Part shown: piece after piece, positions 8,791-19,581 of the stretch
Layout of the letters: each line of letters opens with the position of its first letter
Numbering within the stretch: the first letter of the stretch is position 1
DNA from: Pseudobdellovibrionaceae bacterium
GTDB taxonomy: Bacteria; Bdellovibrionota; Bdellovibrionia; Bdellovibrionales; Bdellovibrionaceae
NCBI GenBank assembly: GCA_044359815.1
Contig: JBIKLL010000018.1
Location: 1 to 39,053 of the forward strand
Direction: 5' to 3'
Length of the DNA: 39,053 nt
The notes under the pieces: model-generated
The model's input: the letters and a program-made list of their open reading frames with translations, nothing else
Databases searched by the model: none
What the model was told of the DNA's origin: nothing
Translations under genes and position numbers: made by a program

Positions 8791-9540
8791 ATGGCAAACA
8801 TTCGCTATGATTTTGCAGGTAAGACCGCAGTCGTAACAGGCGGCGCTCAGGGGATTGGTTTTGAAATCACTCAAAAGTTTTTATCAGCAGGCGCTCAGGT
8901 TGTTGTCTGGGATTATTCTGAAAAAGCTTTACTGGCCGCAAAGGACTCATTGAAGTCTTTTGGGACAAAACTGCAAACTCAGCAAATTGATATCACCAAC
9001 CGTGATAGCTGCGCTAAGGCTGTCGCTGCGCTGGGGGCCCCGATTGATTTTCTGGTTAACAATGCAGGTATCACCAGGGATAAATCCTTTGTAAAAATGG
9101 GTGCCGAGGACTGGGATGCTGTGATCAACACAAATCTGACAGGGTTATTTAACGTCACCAAATCATTGTTTGATAAATTTAATCCTAATAGCCAACACAG
9201 GCGGGTCGTGAATATTTCCAGCGTTGTTGGGTTGTATGGAAACTTTGGCCAGCTCAATTATGCCGCAGCTAAATCAGGAGTTATTGGAATGACAAAAACA
9301 TGGGGGAAGGAATTAGGGCGAAAGGGTTTTACAATCAATGCGGTTGCTCCTGGATTTATTTTGACTGCAATGACTCAAGCCATGCCCAAAGAAGTTTTGG
9401 ATCAAATGGTCGCTAAAATTCCGGTTTCCAGAATGGGAAAACCTGATGATATTGCAAATTCAGTTTTGTTTCTTTGCACCGAGGAAGCCAGCTACATAAA
9501 TGGGACGGTCTTGAGTGTTGATGGCGGAATTGTGTTATGA
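8791..9540 (+). CDS. FabG/PhaB-like short-chain dehydrogenase (3-oxoacyl or acetoacetyl-CoA reductase)
   Basis: TGGAQGIG, NNAGITRD, YAAAK catalytic motif, GNFGQLNY; strong SD GAGGGAGGGG. Confidence 0.9.
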   Translation: MANIRYDFAGKTAVVTGGAQGIGFEITQKFLSAGAQVVVWDYSEKALLAAKDSLKSFGTKLQTQQIDITNRDSCAKAVAALGAPIDFLVNNAGITRDKSFVKMGAEDWDAVINTNLTGLFNVTKSLFDKFNPNSQHRRVVNISSVVGLYGNFGQLNYAAAKSGVIGMTKTWGKELGRKGFTINAVAPGFILTAMTQAMPKEVLDQMVAKIPVSRMGKPDDIANSVLFLCTEEASYINGTVLSVDGGIVL

Positions 9541-10592
9541 AATTTTTTGGGGGGATTATTTTAGCGGGGGGAATTTTACTGGCTCAAGCATCCTATGCTG
9601 ACAGTGTAAAATGCGAATCAGTATTTAATAAAAAAGGCGCTCTGTCGTCTGAACAGGGACTCAGATCAAAAGGTTATCTGAAAATTTCAAATGGCAGACA
9701 GTTTTGGGTGGATTACACGGCACCCGTCAACGGGAAGCCCACAGTTGTATTAGTGAATGGTTTAACTTATTCAACCAAACAATGGGAGCTATTCGCTAAA
9801 CAATTAACTGCAAAGGGCATCGGTGTCGTTCGCTACGACATGTTTGGAATGGGCAAAACACTGCTTAAAAATATTCCTATTTGGAAGATGATTCCCTATG
9901 AAAGACAAGCTCAGGATTTAAAAGACATTCTGGAGCATTTAGAGATTCCTGAGCCCTACAATTTGGTTGGATTGTCCTATGGCGGAGCCATTGCTACCGA
10001 ATTTGCGGCACGATTTCCTAAGCTCAGTAATAAGGTGATTTTAATGGCGCCGTTCACAAGGCCCATCAAAGAACAGGATGAATGGATAAAGCAACAGGTG
10101 AAAATAAACCGTGTATTGAATCCGCTTAATCCAGCTACTGATGTTCAGCTGTATGATTTTTATCTGAAGCAAATTATTTATTCGACCTATCCAGCTGCTG
10201 AGCCTATTTCATTGGAAAACTATCCTTATAAATTAGAAGCTATCTTTAGAATGGTTCAAAGTGTAAGGCATTGGCCGTATGAAAAAGCCGTGAATATGTT
10301 GCCACAAAAAACTTTGCATTTGATGATCGCAGGTAATGATCAGTATATAAAACGAGAAGTGATGGAAGACGCTTGGAAATCAGTGGATTCCAAAACAAGA
10401 GCTTCGCGAATCATAGTGGGTGGAGCTGAACACAAAATCCCCGAGGACGTACCCAATTTTTCAGCAGCTTGGGTTGAAATGATAATTAATGATCATCCTT
10501 TACTGAAGGATGGGGCTTGGTTTTGGGGGGATTCCAAAACAGGCAGGGTTGAACACAGTGATGGCGAATTTAGATTGCCCAAAGACGATTGA
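9537..10592 (+). CDS. Secreted alpha/beta hydrolase
   Basis: Signal peptide; GLSYGG nucleophile elbow; GNDQ Asp and AEHK His. Confidence 0.85.
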   Translation: MKFFGGIILAGGILLAQASYADSVKCESVFNKKGALSSEQGLRSKGYLKISNGRQFWVDYTAPVNGKPTVVLVNGLTYSTKQWELFAKQLTAKGIGVVRYDMFGMGKTLLKNIPIWKMIPYERQAQDLKDILEHLEIPEPYNLVGLSYGGAIATEFAARFPKLSNKVILMAPFTRPIKEQDEWIKQQVKINRVLNPLNPATDVQLYDFYLKQIIYSTYPAAEPISLENYPYKLEAIFRMVQSVRHWPYEKAVNMLPQKTLHLMIAGNDQYIKREVMEDAWKSVDSKTRASRIIVGGAEHKIPEDVPNFSAAWVEMIINDHPLLKDGAWFWGDSKTGRVEHSDGEFRLPKDD

Positions 10593-10612
10593 AAACACAG
10601 AAGGGATAAATA

Positions 10613-11422
10613 ATGGCTGAGCTGATAATCAATGATGGAACTGGTTTTCGTATGAATTATGAAATCACAGAAAATGTTTTGGATCAGGACACATTGTTTA
10701 TTCATGGAAATCTGGCGTCGGCTAGATGGTGGTACCCTTTGGAAGAAGTTTTGAAAAAAAACAAATCAGGTAAATCTGGAAAAATGATTTTAGCTGATTT
10801 CAGAGGCTGTGGTAAAAGTGCTGATCCCAAGGATTTATCTGAAATCACAATCGACCGTTTAGCGGATGATTTTATTTATTTGATAGAGCATTTGAATTTG
10901 CAGAAAATTAATCTGGTAGGCCATTCAACCGGCGGGACTATTGTTGCCATGATGGCGGCCAAAAAACCAAAGTTGTTCAACAAATTAGTGCTGCTGGATC
11001 CCGTTGGATCAAAAGGTGTTAAGTTTGAGCCTGCTATGCATCAAGCTTTTGAAGCAATGAAGGCTGATAAAAGTTTAACTGCCGCGGTGATTGGAAGCAC
11101 GATTCATAATAATGACATGGAAAGCGATTTTTTTAGGCAGATTGCAACTGAAGATGCCTTCAGAGCTGTGAATTCAATTGGATCTGCTGTTTTGAAGGCC
11201 TTAGATGGCGTCGATTTTACTCAGCAATTTGTTAAAATAGAAAATGACACCCTAGTGTTACATGGGGAATTTGATAATTTGTTGCCAAAAACAGACAGCA
11301 GTGCACTTGCTCAAAATTTAATCAATGGAAGTTTCGAAATGGTACCAGGGCAAGGTCATTGTACCAACGTTGAAAACCCAAAATTGATGATGCAAATATT
11401 GAATCGCTTTTTGTATTCATAA
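10613..11422 (+). CDS. Cytoplasmic alpha/beta hydrolase
   Basis: FIHGN, DFRGCGKS, GHSTGG, HGEFD, GHC motifs. Confidence 0.9.
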   Translation: MAELIINDGTGFRMNYEITENVLDQDTLFIHGNLASARWWYPLEEVLKKNKSGKSGKMILADFRGCGKSADPKDLSEITIDRLADDFIYLIEHLNLQKINLVGHSTGGTIVAMMAAKKPKLFNKLVLLDPVGSKGVKFEPAMHQAFEAMKADKSLTAAVIGSTIHNNDMESDFFRQIATEDAFRAVNSIGSAVLKALDGVDFTQQFVKIENDTLVLHGEFDNLLPKTDSSALAQNLINGSFEMVPGQGHCTNVENPKLMMQILNRFLYS

Positions 11423-11522
11423 ATTTTTTTGATTGAACACTTGAGTCCCCCGTCGTTTTCAGATAACTGTTTAATATCACAAAAAGAAATCTAAGTAATT
11501 CAACGTTGGGAGCCGCACTCTT

Positions 11523-12077
11523 ATGTCTGACAAATCATCTGCAGATAATGCCAATAAAGATCCATATTCACACAGTGGAATGCTTGCGTTTTTGTTTTCG
11601 ATGGCTTTTGTATTTTGTTTTTTCGGTTATATTTCATTCATTCACCCCGGTGTGGATTTGCAAGAAAACATTAAAATCCCCGAAGTCGCAGTCACTCAAA
11701 CTCTAGCTGAAGTCGATGTATCAAAAGTAACAGAACCCTGGGTTGCCAACCCAGATATGATCACACACGGTAAGAAAGTTTACGCGCAGAACTGTGCTAT
11801 GTGCCACGGCAATGAGGGTAAAGGGGATGGTCCTGCAGGTGGAGCGCTGAATCCTAAGCCAAGAAATTTAGTTGAAGGTCCGTGGAAACTGGGCGGTGGA
11901 AGCATTGGTTTGATGACAGTGCTTAACGATGGGATTCCGGGCGGATCCATGGTTGCGTTCAAACATTTACCATTGGTTGATCGATGGGCAATGGTGCAAT
12001 TTATTAACTCAATCACCAAGGCTAAGGTTGACGAAGATCCTGCAAAAGTAGCGGAATTCGCCAAAAAGCAAAAATAG
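11523..12077 (+). CDS. Membrane-anchored c-type cytochrome
   Basis: One TM helix; CAMCH heme motif; distal Met (GSMVAF). Confidence 0.9.
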   Translation: MSDKSSADNANKDPYSHSGMLAFLFSMAFVFCFFGYISFIHPGVDLQENIKIPEVAVTQTLAEVDVSKVTEPWVANPDMITHGKKVYAQNCAMCHGNEGKGDGPAGGALNPKPRNLVEGPWKLGGGSIGLMTVLNDGIPGGSMVAFKHLPLVDRWAMVQFINSITKAKVDEDPAKVAEFAKKQK

Positions 12078-12085
12078 GAAATTTG

Positions 12086-12904
12086 ATGATTCGTTTGGCG
12101 GCTAAGGTATTTTTAATGTTCACGGTTCTGAGCTTCAGCTCAGTGAACGCTTACGATGGAAAGCCTCAGCCCCTGTCAGGTGAAGAAAAGCCTAAGGAAT
12201 TTATCGGAATAGGCATCACAGAAAATTTGGGATCAAAAGTTGATTCAGGATTGCAATTAACAAATGAAGCTGGTGAATCAGTGACTCTCGCTCAAGTTGC
12301 CGGTGGAAAACCCTTTGTGCTGAGTTTGATTTATTATTCTTGTCCCAGGCTGTGCAACCTGCATTTAAATGGCATTTTTGATGTTCTTAAAAACGTACAG
12401 ATGAAATTGGGGACAGATTATAATTTGATAGCTGTCAGTTTTGACGAAAAAGAGAATGCTGCCTTAGCATCTGTAAAAAAAGAAAATTATCTCAAAGAAT
12501 ACGGGATGAAATCAGATGGTATTCATTTTTTAACGGCGACTGCGGGAACAATTAAGAGCTTGTCTGATTCTACGGGGTTTAAATTTAAATGGAATGATGA
12601 ATCTAAAGAATGGGCTCATGCCTCGGCTGGAATTTTGATTTCTAAAGATTTTAAGATTACCAGATACATGCATGGTGTTCAGTTTGAACCTGCGCAATTT
12701 AAATTAGCAATTTTGGAAGCCGGTCAGGGCAAGGTCGGAAGTTTTGTAGATAAAGTGATTTGGTATTGTTTTAGGTATGACCCCCATCAAAGCAAATACA
12801 GCCTGTACGTTTTCAGAATCGTACAAGTTGGTGGTGCAATGATGGTGTTGTTGCTTGCTGTTTGGCTGATTCCAGGTTGGATCAGAAGCCGAAAAGCAAT
12901 TTAA
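12086..12904 (+). CDS. SCO1/SenC copper chaperone
   Basis: CPRLC CxxxC motif, WAH His, C-terminal TM helix; lies within the cox operon. Confidence 0.9.
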   Translation: MIRLAAKVFLMFTVLSFSSVNAYDGKPQPLSGEEKPKEFIGIGITENLGSKVDSGLQLTNEAGESVTLAQVAGGKPFVLSLIYYSCPRLCNLHLNGIFDVLKNVQMKLGTDYNLIAVSFDEKENAALASVKKENYLKEYGMKSDGIHFLTATAGTIKSLSDSTGFKFKWNDESKEWAHASAGILISKDFKITRYMHGVQFEPAQFKLAILEAGQGKVGSFVDKVIWYCFRYDPHQSKYSLYVFRIVQVGGAMMVLLLAVWLIPGWIRSRKAI

Positions 12905-12926
12905 TAGGAATGCGAGGAATGACAAC

Positions 12927-13877
12927 ATGTTCATAATCAACAAAGCTTTCGCTGGCAGTACTTTTATGCCCCCGCAGGGGACAGAGATTGCATCAAGGTA
13001 TGACCAGCTCTATGGTTTCATCGTTATAGCCAGTGTGATTTCATGTATTATTTTAATCGGCGGGATGATTTATTTCGCGGTTAAATACAAAAGGAAATCC
13101 GACAACGATAAAACAGCATACATCAGTCACAACACATTTTTGGAATTCCTGTGGAGTTTTATTCCACTAGTGATTTTTATGGTTGTATTTGCGTGGGGCT
13201 GGGTTCTTTATCACGACATGAGATCCATGCCTAATGATGCATTAGAAGTTCATGTGTTTGGAGAGCAATGGGCTTGGAAATTTGGATATAAGAGCGGTAA
13301 AAGCTCAACCAATGATTTTGTAGTGCCTGTTAACACTCCAGTTAAATTAATCATGACATCAAAAGACGTTTTGCACAGTTTTTACATCCCTTCGATGAGG
13401 ATCAAACAAGACGTGATCCCTGGCCGATACACGGCGCAGTGGTTTAACGCCACCAAGACAGGTGATTACCATGTTTTTTGTACAGAATTTTGTGGGGCTG
13501 CCCATTCAAACATGCTGGCAAAAATGAGAGTCGTATCAAAAGAAGAGTTTGAAAACTGGATTCAAGTTGATGAAAGCAGCCTAACGATGGAACAAAAAGG
13601 AACAAAATATTATAACGATTATGGCTGTGCCGCATGCCACTCTATAGACGGCACAGTGAAAGTCGGTCCGTCATTTAAAGGTTTGTGGGGAAAAGCTTCT
13701 GAGATGTCTGATGGACAAAAAATCACAGCTAACGAAGAGTACATTAAAGAATCTATTCTGGTGCCTTCTGCAAAAACTGTAAAAGGTTTTGGCCAGGGAT
13801 TGATGCCTTCATTTCAGGGGCAATTGTCTGAAGAAAAAATTGCGGCAATCATCGAATTTATTAAAGGTGTTAAATAG
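12927..13877 (+). CDS. coxB: Cytochrome c oxidase subunit II with fused C-terminal cytochrome c (caa3 type)
   Basis: DVLHSF; CuA motif [13 protein letters not shown]-terminal CAACH. Confidence 0.96.
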   Translation: MFIINKAFAGSTFMPPQGTEIASRYDQLYGFIVIASVISCIILIGGMIYFAVKYKRKSDNDKTAYISHNTFLEFLWSFIPLVIFMVVFAWGWVLYHDMRSMPNDALEVHVFGEQWAWKFGYKSGKSSTNDFVVPVNTPVKLIMTSKDVLHSFYIPSMRIKQDVIPGRYTAQWFNATKTGDYHVFCTEFCGAAHSNMLAKMRVVSKEEFENWIQVDESSLTMEQKGTKYYNDYGCAACHSIDGTVKVGPSFKGLWGKASEMSDGQKITANEEYIKESILVPSAKTVKGFGQGLMPSFQGQLSEEKIAAIIEFIKGVK

Positions 13878-13885
13878 GAGTATCT

Positions 13886-15475
13886 ATGGCAGCGCACTCA
13901 GCAACTGGAAAAAACTATCTGAATGAATCTTCTGGGCTGTGGTCATGGCTTACGACCTTGGATCACAAGCGCATCGGAATAATGTATCTGATTTTCGTTA
14001 TGTTTTTCTTTTTGGTCGGTGGAATTTTTGCCCTACTGATCAGACTGGAATTGTTTGCACCCGGCGGGCAAATCTTCACCGGGGACACTTACAATCAAGC
14101 CATGACCTATCACGGGGCTATGATGGTCTTTATGGTGATCATTCCAGGAATCCCAGCAATTCTGGGAAACTTCTTTTTACCCTTACATATTGGGGCTGCT
14201 GATGTGGCTTTTCCCAGGCTGAATCTGCTGAGCTGGTACGTGTTTATGGCGGGTGCAGCGATGGCTGTATCGACAATGTTCTTAAATAAAATCGATACTG
14301 GTTGGACCTTTTACACTCCTTACTCAATCAAAACTGGTACATCAGTTGTCATGATGGTCTGTGCGGCTTTTGTCATGGGTATGTCATCTATATTAACAGG
14401 TCTTAATATGATTGCGACGACTCACAAATTGCGAGCACCAGGCATGACAATGGGGCGAATTCCGTTGTTTGTTTGGGCCATTTATTCAACTTCGATTCTG
14501 CAAGTTTTGGCTACACCAGTGTTGGCAATCACGCTTTTGCTAATCGCTGCGGAAAGAATACTGGGAATTGGAATTTTTGATCCAGCAAAAGGCGGAGATC
14601 CCGTTTTGTTTCAGCACTTTTTCTGGTTTTATTCTCATCCAGCAGTTTATATTATGATTTTACCAGCGATGGGAATTATCTCTGAACTGATAGCCGCGTT
14701 TTCCAGAAAAGTTATTTTCGGATACACAGCGATTGCGTATAGTTCTATCGGCATTGCAGCTGTAAGCTTTTTCGTATGGGGCCATCACATGTTTGTATCG
14801 GGCCAATCAGAAATTGCTGGTGTTGTGTTTTCGTTTATCACTATGCTGGTCGGTGTGCCAACCGCCATTAAGATGTTTAATTGGCTGGCTACACTTTACA
14901 AAGGATCCATTCAGTTCAAATCACCTTTGCTTTATGCCCTGGGATTTTTATTTTTGTTCGCAATTGGTGGTGTGACTGGAATCATGTTGGCTGTCGTCAG
15001 CTTAGATGTTCATTTCCATGATACTTATTTTGTCGTAGCACATTTTCACTATGTAATGGTGGGTGGAACCTTAATGGCATTGATGGGTGGTTTTTATTAC
15101 TGGTTTCCAAAAATGTTCGGAAAAATGTACAACGAAGGCTTGGCTCAGTTAACATTTGTTCTGATCTTTGTTGGATTTAACGTAACATTTTTCCCTCAAT
15201 TTATTTTAGGTTCAATGGGTATGCCCAGAAGGTATTTTGATTATCTGCCGGCCTATGAATCTTTGAATAAAATTTCTACTGTGGGATCTTGGCTGATCGG
15301 TGTGGGATTTTTGTTGTCTCTTTATGTTTTTATTATGGGAATGTTGAAAGGCGAAAAAGCTCCAGCAAATCCTTGGGGAGCTAAAACACTTGAGTGGACG
15401 ATAGCATCGCCTCCACCTCATCATAACTTTGACAAAGAACCAGTCATCACAGCGGGGCCATATGAGTACAGGTAA
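13886..15475 (+). CDS. coxA: Cytochrome c oxidase subunit I, A2 type
   Basis: [15 protein letters not shown] (YS motif of A2 oxidases), [18 protein letters not shown]. Confidence 0.98.
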   Translation: MAAHSATGKNYLNESSGLWSWLTTLDHKRIGIMYLIFVMFFFLVGGIFALLIRLELFAPGGQIFTGDTYNQAMTYHGAMMVFMVIIPGIPAILGNFFLPLHIGAADVAFPRLNLLSWYVFMAGAAMAVSTMFLNKIDTGWTFYTPYSIKTGTSVVMMVCAAFVMGMSSILTGLNMIATTHKLRAPGMTMGRIPLFVWAIYSTSILQVLATPVLAITLLLIAAERILGIGIFDPAKGGDPVLFQHFFWFYSHPAVYIMILPAMGIISELIAAFSRKVIFGYTAIAYSSIGIAAVSFFVWGHHMFVSGQSEIAGVVFSFITMLVGVPTAIKMFNWLATLYKGSIQFKSPLLYALGFLFLFAIGGVTGIMLAVVSLDVHFHDTYFVVAHFHYVMVGGTLMALMGGFYYWFPKMFGKMYNEGLAQLTFVLIFVGFNVTFFPQFILGSMGMPRRYFDYLPAYESLNKISTVGSWLIGVGFLLSLYVFIMGMLKGEKAPANPWGAKTLEWTIASPPPHHNFDKEPVITAGPYEYR

Positions 15476-16100
15476 GCATCATCACGCACATCATTTTCGA
15501 AGCGAACTTCATGAGTTTGTAACATCCAAAGAAGGCATTTGGCTTTTTATGGTGACAGAAATTTTGATGTTTGGTGGGTTATTCGTTGGGTATTTTATAA
15601 TGCATGCATTGTATCCCGAAACTTTCCGAGAAGGTTCAACCCACTTGGATTGGAAGATGGGTACATTTAATACTATCGTGCTGATTGCCAGTTCATGGAC
15701 AATGGCCGCGGGGATTCATTATATCCAAACCAACAGAAGGCAAGCCGCTACTAAAGCTTTATTAGCCACAATTGTCTGTGGCGCCATATTTATGGTTGTT
15801 AAGTATTTTGAATACACTCACAAAATTCATGATGGATTGCTGCCTGGAAATTTCTTTCATTACAAAGAGGCTGTGTCACAAAACCTCAGCATGTATTTTG
15901 GATTTTATTTTTGCATGACTGGTCTGCATGGATTGCATGTTTTGATTGGTATGGGATTGATTGGCTGGATTTTGTTCAGGAACATAAGGGGAGATTTTGA
16001 CGAACACTTTTACACACCTGTGGAAGGCGTTGGAATTTTTTGGCACATAGTGGACTTGGTTTGGATCTTTTTGTTTCCATTACTATATTTGGTTGGATAG
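15462..16100 (+). CDS. coxC: Cytochrome c oxidase subunit III
   Basis: [40 protein letters not shown]; likely ATG at 15462. Confidence 0.95.
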   Translation: MSTGKHHHAHHFRSELHEFVTSKEGIWLFMVTEILMFGGLFVGYFIMHALYPETFREGSTHLDWKMGTFNTIVLIASSWTMAAGIHYIQTNRRQAATKALLATIVCGAIFMVVKYFEYTHKIHDGLLPGNFFHYKEAVSQNLSMYFGFYFCMTGLHGLHVLIGMGLIGWILFRNIRGDFDEHFYTPVEGVGIFWHIVDLVWIFLFPLLYLVG

Positions 16101-16109
16101 GAGTTTAAA

Positions 16110-16442
16110 ATGGCAAATGCTACTTCTCAGACGGAACAGTATGAAGGCGGACATGTTATTGTCCCATTTAAAGTTTTACTAAATGTGTGCTTTGCTCTGG
16201 TAGCACTGACGGTTTTGACAGTTGCGACTTCCAGAATGCATTTAGGTGTTTTTGCTGGCTTAGTGGCGTTTGCAATTGCCTTTGTTAAAGCCATGTTGGT
16301 GATGATGTATTTTATGGGACTAAAATATGATACCAAGGGAAACAGAATCATTTTTGGTTTGGGGTTTTTCTTCTTAGCAGTCTTGATATTTTTTAGTGCC
16401 CTTGATATTTGGACGCGAGTCGCCCAAAACAGCACGTTATAA
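16110..16442 (+). CDS. coxD: Cytochrome c oxidase subunit IV
   Basis: Three TM helices; AFVKAMLVMMYFMGLKYD motif; operon position. Confidence 0.88.
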   Translation: MANATSQTEQYEGGHVIVPFKVLLNVCFALVALTVLTVATSRMHLGVFAGLVAFAIAFVKAMLVMMYFMGLKYDTKGNRIIFGLGFFFLAVLIFFSALDIWTRVAQNSTL

Positions 16443-16443
16443 A

Positions 16444-17307
16444 GTGGTAAAAAACTTTTTCTATCTTACCAAAATCGGAATAGTCATTTTTGTTCTGCTA
16501 TCAGCCATAGCGGGTTATCTGGCCAGTCTGCAGCCAGAAAGTGGATTTCATATTCAGCATTTTATCAATTTGTTGGTCGGGACTTATTTTCTAAGTTCCG
16601 GAAGCTTGGCCCTGAATCAGGTGCAAGAATATAAAATGGACCAAAAGATGAATCGCACACAAAACCGACCGGTAGCAAAAGGTATCATAAAACCTGCAGC
16701 TGCAGGAATTTTGGCCGTTGCTATGATTATTGTGGGTTCTGATTTTTTGTACAAGGCTTCTGAGCTTTCCTGCGCCCTGGGTTGGATGACAATTATTTTG
16801 TACAATGGATTTTACACTTTGTGGTGGAAAACTCGTTGGGTTTTTGCGGCTGTGCCCGGAGCCATTCCAGGCGCATTGCCAGTCACAATGGGATACGCAG
16901 CAAATACCCAAGAAATTTTTAGTCCTGATTCAATTTTTTTGTTTACGATTTTATTTTTATGGCAGATGCCCCACTTTTGGGCCTTGGCTTTAAAATTCAA
17001 GGACGATTATCAGAAAGCGGGTGTTCCGACCCTGCCTAATGCGATTGGTGTTCAGAGAACGATTTATCAAATGGGGCTTTATACGTTTTCGTATTGTGGG
17101 GTGGCTCTTATGGCCCCGATGTTTGTAACTGTTAGGTGGTTTTATTTAATCGCTGTGTTTCCTGTGGTCGTGCAAATTTTTATCGAATTTTTTAGATTTC
17201 TGAAAAGTAATGGTGAAAAACGTTGGCTGGCTTTTTTTATGTGGATCAACGTCAGTGTGCTGGTTTTTTTGTTTATTCCCGCAATCGATCGATGGTTGTT
17301 TTTTTAG
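16444..17307 (+). CDS. ctaB: Protoheme IX farnesyltransferase (heme O synthase)
   Basis: DQKMNRTQNRP, GAIPGALP, WQMPHFWALA, DDYQKAGVP; likely GTG start at 16444. Confidence 0.95.
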   Translation: MVKNFFYLTKIGIVIFVLLSAIAGYLASLQPESGFHIQHFINLLVGTYFLSSGSLALNQVQEYKMDQKMNRTQNRPVAKGIIKPAAAGILAVAMIIVGSDFLYKASELSCALGWMTIILYNGFYTLWWKTRWVFAAVPGAIPGALPVTMGYAANTQEIFSPDSIFLFTILFLWQMPHFWALALKFKDDYQKAGVPTLPNAIGVQRTIYQMGLYTFSYCGVALMAPMFVTVRWFYLIAVFPVVVQIFIEFFRFLKSNGEKRWLAFFMWINVSVLVFLFIPAIDRWLFF

Positions 17308-17957
17308 CTTTTAGGAGTGTCGGGTTGTTTCAGAGGATGGGCTTTGTCGAAAAAATCTAAATCGATGCAGCTTTTTTCAATGGACAATAAATTTTGATAG
17401 GAATCGATGTTAACGTTAAATCTTCTGGCCGAAAATAAATGAGGAATGATAAACATATCTGCAGCTGAAACTTGATCCCCAAAAGCAAATTTTCCCTTGG
17501 TCGAAGCGACAATCGAATCCAAAGCAGTTAAGCCCACCTTCATCCAATGTTGAATCCATTGGTCTTTCTGGCCATCACTTAAATTAAATTGCCCAGTCAG
17601 AAATTGAGTGACCTTCAGATTGGACATTGGATGCAAGCCGCAGTTTACGGCCTCGCAAATCTGAATGACCTTTGCCCTAGCTAAGGCATCCTTTGGAAAC
17701 AGAGAAGGACTGGGCTTTACTGATTCCAGATAATCAAAAATAGCCATGGTCTGCCCAATACTGTGACCTTTATGAACCAATGTGGGAACCTCGCCTGAGG
17801 GATTCAATTTACGGTACTGCGGGCTATGTTGTTCGCCGCCATTATTAACCAGGTGAACGGGTTCATATTTGTACTGAATAGCTTTAAAGTTTAGGGCAAT
17901 CCTGACTCGGTATGATGTCGATGATCGAAAATAATTATAAAGCACAAAGTCAGACAT
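17304..17957 (-). CDS. maiA: Maleylacetoacetate isomerase (GST zeta class)
   Basis: YFRSSTSYRVRIALNFK, NPSGEVPTL, HPMSNL, AHPLKQPD. Confidence 0.93.
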   Translation of the reverse strand: MSDFVLYNYFRSSTSYRVRIALNFKAIQYKYEPVHLVNNGGEQHSPQYRKLNPSGEVPTLVHKGHSIGQTMAIFDYLESVKPSPSLFPKDALARAKVIQICEAVNCGLHPMSNLKVTQFLTGQFNLSDGQKDQWIQHWMKVGLTALDSIVASTKGKFAFGDQVSAADMFIIPHLFSARRFNVNIDSYQNLLSIEKSCIDLDFFDKAHPLKQPDTPKS

Positions 17958-18025
17958 ACTGAATCCTTAAATAAACCATTAAGCTACATCATTGTGAATA
18001 CAAGTCATGCCTAAAGGAGGCAATT

Positions 18026-18607
18026 ATGAAATTGAAACTATTAGCGGTTTTAAGCGCAGTATTATTTGTGAACCAAGTTCAAGCGCAAGAATTTGCGTTA
18101 TCAGCGGGATTTAGAAACACCAGTGCTTCGGCTGATGGTGCTCCGGCAGGAACGACTTATTCTATTTCTGGCAAAAACGGATTTCAATTAGGTGGTATTG
18201 GATTTTTTCCGATGAATGAACAAATTTATTTGCGATCAGGTTTGTTATACACGCAAAGATTTTTGGAACTGACAGCGACCACGGGAGCAATAGCCACTAA
18301 GACAGATGTTGAATTGTCCTACATCGATATCCCTGCTACCGTGATGTATAAATTTTCAGACTACGGTGGAGTTTTTGGTGGAGTCATCGTTGGATTAAAT
18401 CAATCAAAGGATTGCAAGACTTCAACGACCTCAACAAACTGCACAGGTACAAATTCTTCGATCACTCCGATCACATTAGGATTGTCGTTTAAGTTTGCTC
18501 CTAATATGGGTGGTGAGTTTTCTTATGAATCAACATCTGGCAGTTTAGCCAACAGTGTGACTGAGGCAAAATCGATTGGATTAAATTTCTTAGTATTCTT
18601 TGAATGA
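18026..18607 (+). CDS. Outer membrane beta-barrel (porin-family) protein
   Basis: Signal peptide; alternating beta strands; LSYIDIP; aromatic C-terminus; SD AAGGAGG. Confidence 0.75.
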   Translation: MKLKLLAVLSAVLFVNQVQAQEFALSAGFRNTSASADGAPAGTTYSISGKNGFQLGGIGFFPMNEQIYLRSGLLYTQRFLELTATTGAIATKTDVELSYIDIPATVMYKFSDYGGVFGGVIVGLNQSKDCKTSTTSTNCTGTNSSITPITLGLSFKFAPNMGGEFSYESTSGSLANSVTEAKSIGLNFLVFFE

Positions 18608-19581
18608 AGCTAGCCAGTAAAAAATCAGCTTCCAAAGATGGAGAGCTTTGCGTAGTCAGTAAGGATTTAAAATTTTCAGTCAGTGCAAAGACTGTGTGTC
18701 CATCACTGCGCGAAGCTGTTGAAAGCTGGGATGCCGTCAGACCAGAGCTTGAGAAAATATATCAAAATTTAAATCAATCTAAAATCTCTGGGGCTTTTGC
18801 TTTTGATCAAAGTCAGTTTATGTCTTGCATGCCCAGAACTTGGTTGTTTGCGGATGGGTCAGCTTTTTTACACCATATCAGATTGGTCAGAAAAGCGCGC
18901 AATGCTGAAATCCCACCGACACTAACGACAGTTCCATTGATGTATCAGGCTGAAAGCGGAGCCTTTCTGTCACCCAATGATTCGATATCTCAGATTGATT
19001 TTGCACATGGGACCGATTTTGAGGCCGAGGTAGGGGTGTTTGTTCAGGATTGCCCTTTCGGGATTTCGGCCGATCAAGCACTTAAAAAAATCGCATTGGT
19101 AACATTGATCAATGATGTGTCACTGCGTGGATTGATACCTGCTGAACTTGAGATGGGTTTTGGATTTTTTCAAAGCAAACCCAACAAAGCTTTAGCGCCG
19201 ATTGCCGTAACCGTTGATGAATTAGGCGAGCATTGGAAAAACGGCCGACTGCACTTACCGTTGATGGTGGATTTAAATGGCAGCAGCTTTGGCAGAGCCA
19301 ATGCTGGGGAAATGCATTTTCATTTTGGTGATTTGATAGCACACGCAGCTAAAACACGCAGCTTAGCTGCTGGAAGTTTGATTGGCAGCGGGACTGTATC
19401 AAACGAAAGCGGTACCAATGGATACAGTTGTTTGGTGGAAATTCGAATGATCGAAAAAATTCAAGATGGTGTTATGAAAACTCCATTTATGAAAGTCGGC
19501 GACCGAGTATCTATTTGCATGAATGATCCTTCCGGAAATTCCATTTTCGGAAAAATCGACCAACAAATCGTCAAATCCTAA
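18604..19581 (+). CDS. Fumarylacetoacetate hydrolase family protein
   Basis: ADGSAFLHH, PLMYQ, DFEAEV, NDVSLR, GFGFFQSKP, GSGTVSN. Confidence 0.92.
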   Translation: MKLASKKSASKDGELCVVSKDLKFSVSAKTVCPSLREAVESWDAVRPELEKIYQNLNQSKISGAFAFDQSQFMSCMPRTWLFADGSAFLHHIRLVRKARNAEIPPTLTTVPLMYQAESGAFLSPNDSISQIDFAHGTDFEAEVGVFVQDCPFGISADQALKKIALVTLINDVSLRGLIPAELEMGFGFFQSKPNKALAPIAVTVDELGEHWKNGRLHLPLMVDLNGSSFGRANAGEMHFHFGDLIAHAAKTRSLAAGSLIGSGTVSNESGTNGYSCLVEIRMIEKIQDGVMKTPFMKVGDRVSICMNDPSGNSIFGKIDQQIVKS

